Source of the DNA: Sphyrna mokarran
Lineage: Eukaryota
DNA: 64,000 nucleotides
Reading direction: 5' to 3'
Assembly: GCA_024679065.1 (NCBI GenBank)
Contig: JAGIQG010000019.1
Coordinates: forward strand, 31,992,001-32,056,000
A model generated the notes under the pieces. It was not told the DNA's origin and searched no databases. It saw only the letters and a program-made list of their open reading frames with translations. This document shows positions 13,799-26,644 of the stretch, piece after piece. The position numbers and the translations under genes were made by a program. How positions within the stretch are numbered: the first letter of the stretch is position 1; each line of letters starts with the position of its first letter.

Positions 13799-15708
13799 GT
13801 AAGAAATGGCAGTGGTATTTGGTTGAGACGAAACCCAGTTTTCCTTAGTATCTGAGATGGGGTCTCACTTTGTTCCAGTTCTTTGCTGGATAAAATCTGT
13901 GTTGTATCTTAACTGAGAGGTCTCTGTCTTGAAGTATCTTACAAATGAGTTTTATAGTGGAACCAATTAATTTGCATATTTTGCCCTTCAAGAATGTTTA
14001 GAAATAAATATTCAACCATTTTGCCTCATTAGCCATTTATACAGATATCCCTTTTACATCACCTACTATGGATTTCTCAGCAGTCATTTGTTCAGTAGTC
14101 ACATTTATTAGCAGAAAAAAAACACTTTTACTGAGGAAATAATTTCAAAAATGTTAATAATGGCCCAGGGTGCAAAATGAAATCAGTCTTCAAATGAGAT
14201 TGACAACTTAGCTGTATTAATATTACAAATCATAGAATGGCTCAGTGCTCCATCTTACAATTATAAATACAGACAGGATTAAACTGAACATTTGATGTAT
14301 TTAACTTTGTGTAGTATGTGCATTGTCCTAGCCAGGCAATAGCTTTCAGTGGCTAGATGGAGTTCATTAATCCTGCTCAAGATTAGTCAACAGCCACTCC
14401 TTCATAGTGAGTCATTGTTTGCACTGCGCCACAGTTGCAAGTTCTTGCAACCCACTGATGTTGATGGCTTCAAAGAGGCATTGACCTGTTCAAGAAGTGG
14501 TTCAAAAGGGCCTGCTGTTGTCATGGGAGATCAAAGCAGTAGGCTTATGGTGGTTTCTGGTGAAATTTTCTCCTGCAAATTCTCCTGTTGGAGGTTCTCA
14601 ATTGCTACTCCCAGATATGGTGGGTTTAATCATGAGGTGGCATGAGGAAAATGCACTGTTGGTGGCTTGAGGAGGTAATTGAATAAAGCCAGGCTTTGGC
14701 TGAAGTAATTCCTATCCAATAGGCTGCCTGCTGCAATTACTTTCCTGATATGATAGGAGTGGGGCAGTGTTATTTGCCACTGGAAACCAGGGGAAGTGAG
14801 TTGGTCAGAAAGAAGCTGTGGTAATGCTCAATTGGTTGAGTTTTATATTGATTATTTTGTGGGCCAGTAGGTATAATACAGATTTACAGGTGGTAAGAGC
14901 AGACAGATTTTGAGCTGTGATCTCCATGGGGTATTGCCCAGTTTACTGAAGGTTTTCTTTTTACTATAGTCTTGACAAGGTGTTGCTTATAGATAAGGGT
15001 TATGTCAAGAATGACACCTGAAGAGTATAGAGATCATGCTTCTGTCTCTGGCCATCCAGAGGGAACTGGTTCCTGGCTCCTCAACTGTGGCTGAGTGACA
15101 ATTCACCAAAAACATCTCAAGTTCAATTGCTGTTCTGTGAATTAGTCTTTATTAATTAAAATGATGTGGGCTTTACTGGATTGGTTAGCATTCATTGCCC
15201 ACCCCTAATTGCCCTTAAGATGCTCTCACCTGATACAATTGTTGAAGATTTGGACGTCAGCCTTAATATTTTGCATTATAGAGAAGGGAAAATTAGCTAG
15301 AGTTTCTGCTCCTGCATATTCATTTAACCCTCACATTGATGTGGATATTGGGGATATTTGGAATTAAATTGTCATTCGGTTCACAGTTGAATAGTTGATC
15401 AACATTGGCTGTCCAATCTTGGTTTGTTCTCTAGAGCAATCAGAAATTGAGCTCTGCAGCACTGCACAATTACTGTGCACAATTTCTATTACCTACCAAA
15501 ACGGGTTCTGTCGCTGCCATTGTACTCTTTATTATCTCTAGGAAGTTTACATTGACATTCTAAAACGTTCGGAAAACATGAGAATTAATTTATGTAAAGG
15601 TTTCTAAAACCTTCAATTTTCTTCTAAAATGACAGTAAAGTGTTTCTTTAACTTTGGTTCATGTGATTACTGAGCTCACTTGGCTTGTACTTTGCTCTTT
15701 GTTCCCAG

Positions 15709-15834
15709 CTGCAAGAGGATGAGCTGAGAGATGCAGTATTGCTGATATTTGCAAACAAGCAGGATTTGCCAAATGCCATGGCAGTTGCTGAGCTCTCGGA
15801 GAAACTGGGATTACCGCGCATGCACAATAGAACT
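15709..15834 (+). CDS. ARF5: ARF5-like, coding exon 5 (NKQD motif)
   Basis: cccag|CTG...ACT|gtaagg; 126 nt: [42 protein letters not shown]. Confidence 0.94.
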
Positions 15835-17069
15835 GTAAGGCTTTTGTATTTCTCAAATACACATCTCCATTGTTGTTTGGTGTCATCTTTAATGTTCCAG
15901 TGGCAAGAAGGTGTTGGCTTTTAACTGCAGCTGTAATAAGCTTTGACAAGGAAAAGCAGTATTTGTTTCCGGCCATTACAGTGTTGGCCTCGGCTCTGGC
16001 TTGAAGATAGCGCACACTCCTCTGAGTGCGAGTCACGCTCAGATTTGTTCAGTTAATCTTGGTTGACACTGCTGTGCAGTGGTTGAGGAGTGGCACAATG
16101 TCAGAAGAGCAGTACTTGCCTTGCCAAAATTATGGCAGTGGCAAGATGGTGCTTATCACCAAATCAGCTATTAACCTTGTCCCTTTATTCCATTTTCTCC
16201 TCTTTTGAATCTTTTTGTTCTCATTTGAGATCTTTGTCCCTTATTGTCTCTCAACTGCCTTGAAAATTGTATTTCAATTGTATGCCTCCTATAGTCTCTG
16301 CACCACGAGGCTTTTCATCCTGGATTTCAGTCTTTATCCTGACTCATTCTTTTTTGGTCTCTTCTGAGTTCATTATCTTCCTTTCTCCCTTAATCTCACC
16401 CTCCATGTAAATGTCCTAACCCATATTCATGAATCCCTCTTTTCTAACCCACCTCCTTTATGCATGCATGCACCACTCTCCACACTATCGCTACCACTTT
16501 AACCAGGGATAAGGTAATCTTTGATCACTTTCTTATTAATCTTCACACACACACCATTTCCCTATCTCAACTGTCCTTTTGTATCTGTCCTTTGAGCAAA
16601 AGCTATCCTCCAATTCGTTTAGAATTTTAATTAATTTTAATTTAAAAATCCCAACTATTTAACCCTTGGCCTTCTGCCCAGCATGACTTTTCTGCAGCTG
16701 CAGATTTTCCTCATTCACATCTCACCTCTGCCCTAGTGCCCAGTTGAACCATTGTTCTCTCCCAAACTTGTCTTTCATCTGGGATGGCCCTCATCTCTGC
16801 TGCCTTGTTCCAAGGGACTCAGATGTGAACAGTTACGGTGGACAATTGGTTTAGCTATTTACTGCCAGATCTGGCTATGCCATATTATTGGATCCTGCTC
16901 TTATCTGTGAAAATTGCTCACTGTTGTCCAAAATAAAACCCCAACTTTAACAAAATGCCATCTTAAATTCCTCTTCCTGTTTCTGTAACATCCAAAAATA
17001 AGCTGCTGGATTTGTCATTCTGATTGATACTATCTGATCAGCTGCCTATTGTAAAGGGACTGAATGTAT

Positions 17070-19200
17070 CGCAGCTAAATTTAGAGATGACACCAAGATA
17101 ATTGTCGAGAAGATAGTCCCTCAGTGAATGAGCAAAAATTTGGCAGCATATAATGTCCACTTTAGCAGGAAGAATAGAAAAGCAATACACTATTTAAATA
17201 GAGACAGATTGCAGAATTAAATGGTATGAAGAATCTGGGTGTTCTTGAATAATTGCAAAAAGTTAGTATACGGATAAAGTAAGTGATTAGGAAGGCAAAT
17301 GGAATATTGGCATTTATTGCAAAAGGAATGGAATATTAGAAATGGAGAAATTTTACTGTAGCTATGTTGGCCACTGTAGTTATGTAGAGCTTGGTAAAAG
17401 CACATCTGGACTAATGTGTGCTGCTTTGACCTTATTGCAAAGTAATATTTATTTGATCTCCTTATTTAAAAAAAATTCTTTTGATCACTCTGACTTAATT
17501 CATTCCTGGGGTAAAGAGCATTTCTTATGAAAGGCTGTAACAGTTAGGCCTGTACCTGTTGAAGTTTAGAAGAATGAAGTGACCTTGAAACATAAGATCT
17601 TGAGGAGACTCAGTAGGATGGATACCAGGATGATGTTTCCTCTTGTGGGGAAAACTAGAATTAGCCACATAGTTTAAGGATAAGTCGTCTAATCTTTTAA
17701 GATCAAGATCAGAAGACATTTTTCCACGTGGAGTTTCCTTTCCCAGAAAATAGTGGAGGCTAGGTTTTTATTCAAGGCAGAGTTAGACAGATTTTTGTTG
17801 AACAAAGGAGTCAAGGGTAATGGGAAGCAGACAGGAAAGTGGAGTTGAGCCTCAGGCAGAGGGAGAGTCAATATGGTTTTGTGAAAGGGAAATTACATTT
17901 AACCAATTTATTGGAGTCCTTTGTACATACAAGTATATGCTATAGATAAGGGGAGACTGGTGGATGCACTGTACTTGCATTTTCAGAAGATATTTGGTAA
18001 GCTGCCTTTTCAAAGATTACTGCAGAAAATAAAAGCTCATGATGCAGGGGGAACATATTGGCTAACTATCAAGAAAACATAGCCATAAATGGGTAATTTG
18101 GTAAGATGTCATGTGTCACAGGATCTCAACTTTTTTATGATTTATGTAAAGGGACCAAAGGTATGGTTGCTAACTTTGCTGATGACAGAAAAATATGTAG
18201 CAAAGTTAGTTGTGAATGGAGCATAAGGAGGCTACATGAAGGATGTAAATAGGCTAAGTGAGTAAAGATCTGGTCAATGGAGCATAATATAGGAAAGTGT
18301 GAAACTCCATTGTGGCAGAAAGAATAATAAAACATATTTAAATGGTGAGAGATTTGCAGGCTCTGATTCAGATGGATCTGGGTGTCCAAGTGCAGGTACA
18401 ACAAATAATTAAATGTGATTGTTTATCCTGAGAGGAATTGAATACCAAAGAAGGGAGGTTATGTCTTGGTTGCACAGGCATTAGTGAGACTGCATGGAGT
18501 AACGTTACAGCCCTGGTCTCTTTATTTAATGAAAGAAACATAAAAACACTAAAGCACAAACAGGCCCTTCGGCCCACAAGTTGTGCTGAACATGTCCCTA
18601 CCTACTAGGCTTACCTATAACCCTCTAAGTTCCATGTAATTATCCAAAAGTCCCTTAAAAGATCCTATTGGATCTGCTTCAACCGCCACTGCCAGTAGCC
18701 AATTCCACGCATCCACCACCCTCTGAGTGAAAAGTAAATGTATTGAAAGTGGTTCTGAGAAGGTTTACCAGATTAATATCTGGAATAGGCTAGTGTATCA
18801 TGAGGAAAAATTGTACAGGTTAGGTTTGTATCTATTGGAGTTCAGAAAAGTAAGAGGCGACTTGATTGAGATAGTTAAGACCCTGGGGGATCTGACAGGG
18901 TAGATGTGGAAACGTTCCCTCTTGTGGGGAATCTGGAATGGTCATGGTTTATAAGTAAATGGTTGGCCATTTAATACAGATTGAGAAGCTTTTTTCTTAC
19001 CGTTTAGAGTCTTTGTATCTATCTCAAAACACTGGAAGCAGAACTTTTGAACATTAAGGCAGAGCTAAGGGGATGAAAGTTTCAGTATTTAGGAATATGA
19101 AGCTGAAGTTACAATTAGATCAGCCATGATCTTATTGAATGTTGGGGCAGGTGCGAAGGGTTGAATGGCCTAGTCCTGCTCTCATGTCTTATGCTCCTAA
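17070..19200 (+). mobile_element. Two decayed CR1 ORF2 3' fragments, with a younger antisense CR1 tail at about 18535-18730
   Basis: FADD-like (gatgacaccaagat; tttgctgatgacaga) and CR1 3'UTR motifs (gatcagccatgatcttattgaatg). Confidence 0.7.
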
Positions 19201-19605
19201 CTTTTCCCTCCTTTCCTCTGATTCAGCAGGTCAAAATTGTTTTAAATTTCTCCCTGCCCTAGTCTTGAATTTCATTCCAAACTCATGGCCTCCCATGCTA
19301 ATGAGACTTTTACAACCTTGACCCTATTGCCATGAAACACCTTCCCTGCCTAGTCCCCACTTTAGTTGATGTTTCGCTCCTTGGGTTCTATCCTTCTCTT
19401 GCTATGGATTTATTATGTTAAAATTGCTTTTTATATGTAAGTTGCTATTTACTGAGGGATCTCTGGTTCTTATTGATCTCTTTCTCCTCTAAGGTGCTGC
19501 TTAAAATCTACCTCTGACTAAACATTTGACAATGTTCCCTAATCGTATTATGTGGCAATGTCAAACTTTGATTTATCATACTCGTGTAAAGGTGTGAATG
19601 CAATT

Positions 19606-19890
19606 GGAAAACCAGTAGCACGCTGTGCCTAAGCCTGCTCTCGCCCAGGCCCCAAGAGCCAAAGCCGTTATATCTCACTCTGCTTCCCTACTCACTCACA
19701 TTGCCTGCTCCCGATGCTGCCCGTTGTCTACTGCCACTTTCTTTTTATACTCCCCGGTTCTCTTCCCAGCTAGCCCCACGCCTAACTATAGCAGCAAAAA
19801 GCATTCAAAAAGAGAGAGAGGAAAAAAAAGCAAATTGAAAAATTCACACAGCCACCAGCACTTCCAAACACTCTGTCCCAGAGAACAATG
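19606..19890 (-). mobile_element. Isolated CR1 LINE 5'UTR fragment with TATA box
   Basis: reverse complement aligns with 39605-39782 (gtagaca.cgggcagc.tcgggagc.ggca; gcagagtgaga; tgggcgag.gcaggctt). Confidence 0.8.
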
Positions 19891-20847
19891 AGAGCAAAAG
19901 TACTGTGGGATATTTAATTACATTAAAGTTGCTATTAAAATAGAAAGCTTACTTGTACCAGGGGAGAACAGCACTATGGGGGCAGGGAAAGAGAATCTTT
20001 TGGATGAGCCATCAGCCTCTCTGGTAGTCTAAAAGGTCCCATTGCAAGATACTGTTTTTCTCTGTGGTAAGTAGGAGTGTTTTATTTGCTGCACTGACTG
20101 CTACTTATCTCGTCCAGAAAGGCTATGGTCATCTGACTCTTTTTTAACCTTCATGCAATTTGTCTGCCAGAATTCCTACAACAGTAGCTACATTTAAGTA
20201 GCATTTCACTGGCTGTAAAATTTTGTGACATCTCGAGTTGTAGAAATCAAGACTTTATTTATCCACTGATCACCGTTGGAAATGCAGTTGAGTAAACTTT
20301 GAAAGAGAACAGATATAAATCCTGTCACTCTCTTTGGACACCTGATATTTGCATTTATAGTGTCTTTAACATGGTAAAACATCTTATCACAGTTTATTTT
20401 AACTTGTTCACACTTGTCTGAATTGGTGTGTGAAGTATAAATACTGGGAGCTGCAGCTAATCCTTGCAAAATTACCCATAAAGAAATGGAAGGATGAACC
20501 ATTTAGCCAGCTATGTTTACCATTGTCACTTCTATGTCAGACCTACTCAGACAAGTTCCATTCCTCTGCTGTTTTGCTGTGGCCAGTAATATTTTGTGGA
20601 GTGGTATCAGTTTCCTCACGTGATTTGCTTGTCTCAAAGACATTGTAGCAATTAATATTGTTTGCAGAATTGACAGCAAATTAAAAATCTAATCATAAAA
20701 TACCTAGCCATACACCACTTCTCTACATTAGCACATAGTAACTGGGCAATTTCACCCCATCACCATACGTTTTTTTAAACCGCTTCTTGTGTCACGTAGC
20801 CACATCTTAGATAATGCAGTCTTTGTTCTGTCTTTGTATTAAAGACA

Positions 20848-21047
20848 ATAAGAAGTCTCGCACCAGGTGGAAGTCCAACAGGTTTATTTGGTAGCAAATA
20901 TCACTAGCTTTTGGAGCTCTGCCCCTTTGTCAGGTGAGTGAGGAGTTCTGATCACTAATGGCTAAAGTTGACCAGGTCAACTTTAACCTGGTGTTTTGAG
21001 ACTTCTTACTGTGTTTACCCCAGTCCAATGCTGGCATCTCCACATCA
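20848..21047. mobile_element. Palindromic Penelope-like repeat with a decayed hammerhead motif
   Basis: taagaagtctc...agacttctta inverted ends; minus-strand tcac-CTGACAA-a-ggggc-aga-gctcc-AAAA-gcta-gtga at 20901-20937. Confidence 0.7.
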
Positions 21048-21146
21048 TTTGTATAAAGATTCAGACTTCAGCAGAATTTCAGGTGAACTGTGAAACAAAA
21101 CTTTTCATCTGTATTATTATGAGTTCTTAGCTTTACCACAGGGAAA

Positions 21147-23644
21147 TAAAATTTTTGCAGGAAAGACACGTGCCGGTAAGGAGGAAGGATGGGAAAGGTT
21201 GGATTAGAGAACCGTGGGTTACTAGGGATGTTGAGGACTTGGTCAGGAAGAAGCGGGAGGCGTACGTTAGATCTAGGCAACTGGGGACAGAGGCAGCGCT
21301 GGAAAAATATAGAGAGTGTGGATGGGATCTTAAAAGGGGTGTCAGAAAGGCAAAAAGGGGCCACGAAATGGCTTTGGCAGGTAGGATTAAGGAAAATCCT
21401 AAGGCATTTTACTCCTATGTAAGGAGCAAAAGGATGGTTAGAGGGAAGATTGGATCTCTCAGGGACAGAGGAGGGGAACTATGCTTAGAGCCTGAGGGAA
21501 TGGGGGAGATCCTGAATGAATACTTTGCGTCGGTATTCACGCAGGAGAGGGGCCTGATGTCTGATGCCGGCTTTGAGGAATTTGAGGACCCGTTAAAGGA
21601 AATAATCATTACGAGGGATGAAGTGTTGGGGCTTTTAGGTAGCATAAAGACTTATAAAGCTCCGGGGCCTGATGGTATTTATCCCAGGCTGCTAAGGGAG
21701 GTGAGAGATGACATTGCTGGGCCTCTGACGCAAATCTTTGTCTCTTCTTTGGACACAGGTGAGGTCCCAGAGGACTGGATGATTGCAAATGTAGTACCGT
21801 TGTTTAAAAAGGGTCAGAGGGATAACCCAGGGAACTATAGGCCGGTGAGCTTGACTTCAGTTATAGGTAAGCTAATGGAGAGGATTCTCAGGGACAGGAT
21901 GTATGAGCATCTGGAGCGCTGTGATCTGATCAGGGATACGCAGCATGGCTTCGTTAAGGGGAGATCATGCCTTACGAATCTAGTGGAATTTTTTGAAGAA
22001 GTGACAAAAACAGTTGATGAAGGACAAGCCGTTGATGTCGTCTATATGCATTTCAGTAAGGCGTTTGACAAGGTCCCTCGTGGTAGGCTGATAGAAAAGG
22101 TGAAGGCGCATGGGATACAGGGCCAGGTATGTAGATGGGTTGAGAACTGGCTTGGGAGGAGACAGCGGGTAGTAGTGGAAGGCTCTTTTTCCAACTGGAG
22201 GTCTGTCACTAGTGGTGTGCCACAGAGCTCTGTACTAGGACCCCTTCTATTTGTGGTGTATATAAATGACTTGGAAGAGGGGGTAGGTGGTGTGATCAGC
22301 AAATTTGCTGATGACACTAAGATGATTGGATTGGCGGGTACTGAGGAGCAGTGCCTGGCAATACAACATGACATAGATAGGCTGGTAGATTGGGCAGATA
22401 GATGGCAAATGAAATTTAATCCGGATAAATGCGAGGTGATGCATTTTGGCCGGAATAATGTAGAGGGGAGTTATAGGATAAAAGGTAAAACTATCCGGAG
22501 TATAGAGATGCAGAGAGACCTGGGGGGTGCAAGTTCACAAAAACCGTATGGTAAGTTAACCTTCATAGGAAGAGGTATAGAATACAAGAGTAGGAGTCTG
22601 ATGTTGCAGGTGTATAGAACGTTGGTTAGGCCTCATCTGGAGTACTGCGTCCAGTTCTGGTCGCCGTACTACAGGAGGGATGTAGAGGCCCTGGAGAGAG
22701 TGCAGAGGAGATTTACCAGGATGCTGCCTGGTATGGAAGGGCTGTCTTACGAGGAAAGGTTGAACGCACTGGGGTTGTTTTTCCTTGAAAGACGTCGGCT
22801 GAGAGGGGATCTATTAGAGGTATATAAGATTATGAGGGGTATAGATAGAGTAAATGGTGGTAAGCTTTTTCCACCATTAGAAATAGATAGAACGAGGGGT
22901 CACTGGCTCAGGGTGAGGGGGGCTATGTATAAGATGAATATTAGAGGCCAGTTTTTCACACACAGGGTAGTGGGGCTGGGAATGCACTGCCGAGTAAGGT
23001 GGTGGGACAGGCACACTAGGGTTGTTTAAAGGTCTCTTGGACAGCCACATGAGCGGTCTACAGATAGAGGGATATAGCAGGACTGTTTGAATATCGGGAG
23101 GACCAAATAGTAGTAGACTATCTTTAGTTTCGTCTCGGGAATGTCTTAGTTTTTTTTAGCATGTTTAATTAAGTCTTATTTGTTTTCGCAGGCAATTCGG
23201 TCCACCTTGTTGACCAACAAGGGGCATGCATGCGGCATGTCGTGCGAGAGCTGCTCTTGGAGGTTGCTTCAGGAGTTGCCTAGTGCTTCACGTCGTCAGT
23301 GTATGCTTACACTGGACCATCTGATGGGCAACATGACAGCTCAGAGACTATCGCTGTTGCTGTGCTGACACATGGATTTGGGCCTGTGTCTGCGGGAGTT
23401 TGCGTGTTCTCCCCGTGGTTGTGTGGGTTTCCTCCAGGTGCTCTGGTTTCCCCCCACATCCCAAAAATGTGCTCTTAGGGACAATTTGTTACCCAATCAG
23501 CCTATGTTGGTCCCTATATGGGAATCTTCAACAATAGGCATAGCCTAAAGTCAAGGATATGTCATTAAGATGTTAAGACGGCAGCGTGGGCTCGTTGGGC
23601 CGAAGGGCCTGTTTCCTGTGCCGTGTTGCTCTTTGTTCTTTGTT
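21147..23644 (+). mobile_element. Young 5'-truncated CR1 LINE (same family as 39535-44073) with long 3'UTR
   Basis: 624-aa ORF2 piece with [23 protein letters not shown]-like and FADD motifs; (ctttgtt)n tail; near-identical to 41630-44073. Confidence 0.96.
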
Positions 23645-23739
23645 ATAGCATGAAAAATTCTTAGCTAAAGAAATAAAATTTTAGCAGACAAGATTGTTGT
23701 AAGTTTGTTAATTTCTTTCTTTCTTTCTTGTCCTTACAG

Positions 23740-23826
23740 TGGCACATACAGGCCACATGTGCCACCCAGGGCACAGGTCTGTTTGAAGGACTGGATTGGT
23801 TGTCTACTGAGCTGTCCAGACAATAG
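23740..23826 (+). CDS. ARF5: ARF5-like, last coding exon with stop
   Basis: polypyrimidine tract then tacag|TGG; [28 protein letters not shown] with TAG at 23824-23826. Confidence 0.94.
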   Translation, partial: WHIQATCATQGTGLFEGLDWLSTELSRQ

Positions 23827-25344
23827 AAGAATCAGCTTCATCCACTATCCTGCCTGTATCAGTGTGTCAACTTCTAGGATTTGAACTTTTAACAATAGCT
23901 TCCTTTTCCTAACTCTCCTGTTCTGTCCCTTGATTTGCTTTCCATCTCATGCTTGTCGACTCTTTAAGGTCTGTGTTTTTTAATTAAAATGAAATTCTGA
24001 ATAGGCGTGATCTCCTCATTCAGAAATGGATGGATGCCCCCTTACATGACCAGGTCAAGAAGAGACAGCATCTGTAATTTCTTAACTGCGTTAGAATCTT
24101 TGCTTGTGACTGAATGAGAAATTTATACCCAGCCCCCAACTGCAGTAGTTTCTCACTGCAATCTAAATTTATGCCCTAACAACTGGACAAATTGCATTTA
24201 TACAGCATTTTGCTATATTTGCTAAATTTCTGATTTGAACCTTGGAGTATTATAAAAGATTGTTCAATGCACAGTGATACACTCCCTCTTCAGTGTTCCA
24301 CAAGATATACATGCTACTTGAAAACCCCAGGAAGATGTTTTGCAAATGTGAATTACAATGTTGGATGAAGCAGTAATGACTGGTTATGGTGTTTCAGGAT
24401 TAGGAAATGTGTGAATCCTTGTTTACTGAATGGTTAGCTTGTAGTTTGGAGAATGGACTTGTAATCTACATTTATGAGGGGTGCCAAGAATAGTGACCAG
24501 GTTCCTTAATCAGGTCATAGCTTTTCAGAGTAACTCTCTTTAATCCATTGCAACTGTCACCTGTTAACTGAACCAAGCCAAAAGTCTTTCCATTTGCTTC
24601 ATCCTGCGCAAAGGAGCTTAATCTTTTTAGCCTTTTAAGTGATCTCTTGATCTTGATTTTCCTTTCTTTTGGTAAAATGGGCTTGTCTCCTCCCTCTTAT
24701 ATCCCTGAAGAACAAGATTCCAGTGTTGGCATTTTCCCATTGGTGCAACAAAGGGTTAACTGTAGTGCATTCTGGTTTGATGTCACTGCTGTGCAAATCC
24801 AGACCTTGGTAGGAAATCCTTTTTGAATGGAATTACATCACTTCAAACCAGAAGAATTTGTATATTTTACTTTATGGCTGTGCTTTTGTTTTTCTTTTCA
24901 ATTTAGGAATAAACTATCAGGTTACAAAGGGCACTGGTTTGCTGTTTCAGTGGCTCAAATGTAAATCAGTTTCCACAATTGTACAGAAAAACAGTTAATT
25001 GTCTGAGACAAATATATATATGGTTTGAAAATACAGCCAAATCTTAAATTGTATGCATGGAGCATTTACCTCATCCTGCCATGGTATCATAATTGCGCTA
25101 ATGTAATAATGATGGGGAGCCCTTCTTGAAATTCCCCTTGTGTGTTAATGTAATGTTCTTTTGGTTATGTAAACACTTGTGCTTTAGATGCTGTAAACAC
25201 ACCTGCAAATGTATATTGCATTCCCTGTGGAGATTGTGATTCTGATAACTGCATTGTTACAAACAGTAAATCAGTGAAAAGAAGCAAACCATATTGAACG
25301 TAACTAAAGGCGTAGTATCTTTTCTCAAACATTGAATCAATCTT

Positions 25345-25350
25345 AATAAA
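25345..25350 (+). terminator. Candidate polyadenylation signal of the ARF5 3'UTR
   Basis: AATAAA after about 1.5 kb of repeat-free sequence, followed by a T/GT-rich tract near 25390-25410; an alternative AATAAA lies at 24908. Confidence 0.5.
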
Positions 25351-25654
25351 GGCCTTTTCAGAAACATTCCTTAATATTTTATGCAGCAATTGTTTTTGTA
25401 TTTTTGACTTAATTCATAAAATGACAAGAACTAGATTCTGATGGGAACTACTGAACCATGAAGGCAATGCAGCAACCTTAAGTTTGATAAGCTGGATTTA
25501 GTCAAACAAAAGGGTGTGTGACTGGTACCAGGGTAGGGAGTTGGTTAACTTTCTCAGGTTGAGGACACTGGATGATGAACTAGTTGTCAATGTCACTTAG
25601 AATTAGTGCTTCGTACCATCTTAAGGGCATTACGTAGGAAACCCAAACCCCAGT

Positions 25655-25830
25655 GTGGCACAGTACTGCTGCCTCAGTAGCAGGGATGTGAGTTTAGTTC
25701 CTGGGTTTGGCTCACTCTGCATGGGGTTTCCTCCCATATTCTGGGAGATGTGCTGGTTAGGTGAATTACTATGCTGGAGTGTGGTTCAGGATGCAGTGTG
25801 CATGTAAGCCTACTTGTGACTAATAAAACT
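25655..25830 (+). mobile_element. Decayed V-SINE
   Basis: gtggcacagtactgctgcctca head; gtttcctcccatattctgggagatgtgctggttaggtgaatt; gcctacttgtgactaataaa tail. Confidence 0.65.
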
Positions 25831-26644
25831 ATGTTCAGTGGACAAGATGAATTTGGAGAAGGCATGTCAAAATGGTACTAAAGTTGGTACAAGTTCAAAA
25901 TAAGAGGCTTAAGTTGAGTTTGGTTTGATAGTCTAGGATGGCAGAGGCACCTTAACACGTGAGCTCAATTTTAGTGACAGTCCATTTTTATTGGAGGTGA
26001 TCCTAGCAGAGGCAGGGAAGTGGGTTTTAACACAATTTGTAATCCAGAATATCCTGAAAATTGTGATTTGGGGATGATAATTATTGGGAGGTGTAGCCAG
26101 GGGTGTGTGTTACTGGTGGCTAGCTGTGATTTATTATCCACTAAGCTTAAATGTAAAGAGCTGTGTGCACAACTGCATAGACATAGATTATGGAGTGAGT
26201 TGCCAAAATCCACAGAATCGGCAGTAGGAGGGATAAGTGGAATGGGAAGATTAGTGCCAGTGAAACTGCTGGATGGCAAGGTGAGCAAATGTAGACAATG
26301 AATAAAATGAAGCCTAGATGAATGTCTAGAAAGGGATGTAGGGAAGCCATAAGCTTATTTAAAAGGGAATCTAGCCTGGGACAACAGCAGGACAGAAAAG
26401 GTGGAGGTGTAGAGATGGATTATGAGATTTGGAGAGAAAGGAAAGGAAGTGCAATAACAGGGCAGAGGCTCAGAGTAATACAACAATGGGCTCAAGTCTG
26501 AAGCAACATATCCAAACAACTATATTGAAGGAAACAAGTTATCTAAGTCCCATTACATAATGAGGAATAGAGGCCAAAGTCTGGTTTTGTGGTGGGATAT
26601 AAGGTAGGATGGGGTCAGCTTAGAGCAAAGATGTTCACCTGAGG

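Noticed and set aside
14349-14645. 98-aa ORF in ARF5 intron 4 and similar short ORFs in the track
   Set aside because: No recognisable domain and mostly non-ATG starts; many are antisense shadows of exons or LINE ORFs.
16200-16900. Pyrimidine-rich tract, possibly an old retroelement remnant
   Set aside because: Too decayed to assign by eye.
21155-23029. 624-aa RT ORF as a domesticated host gene
   Set aside because: It is 5'-truncated, lacks the endonuclease, has an internal deletion and a terminal frameshift, and is nearly identical to another LINE copy in the window.
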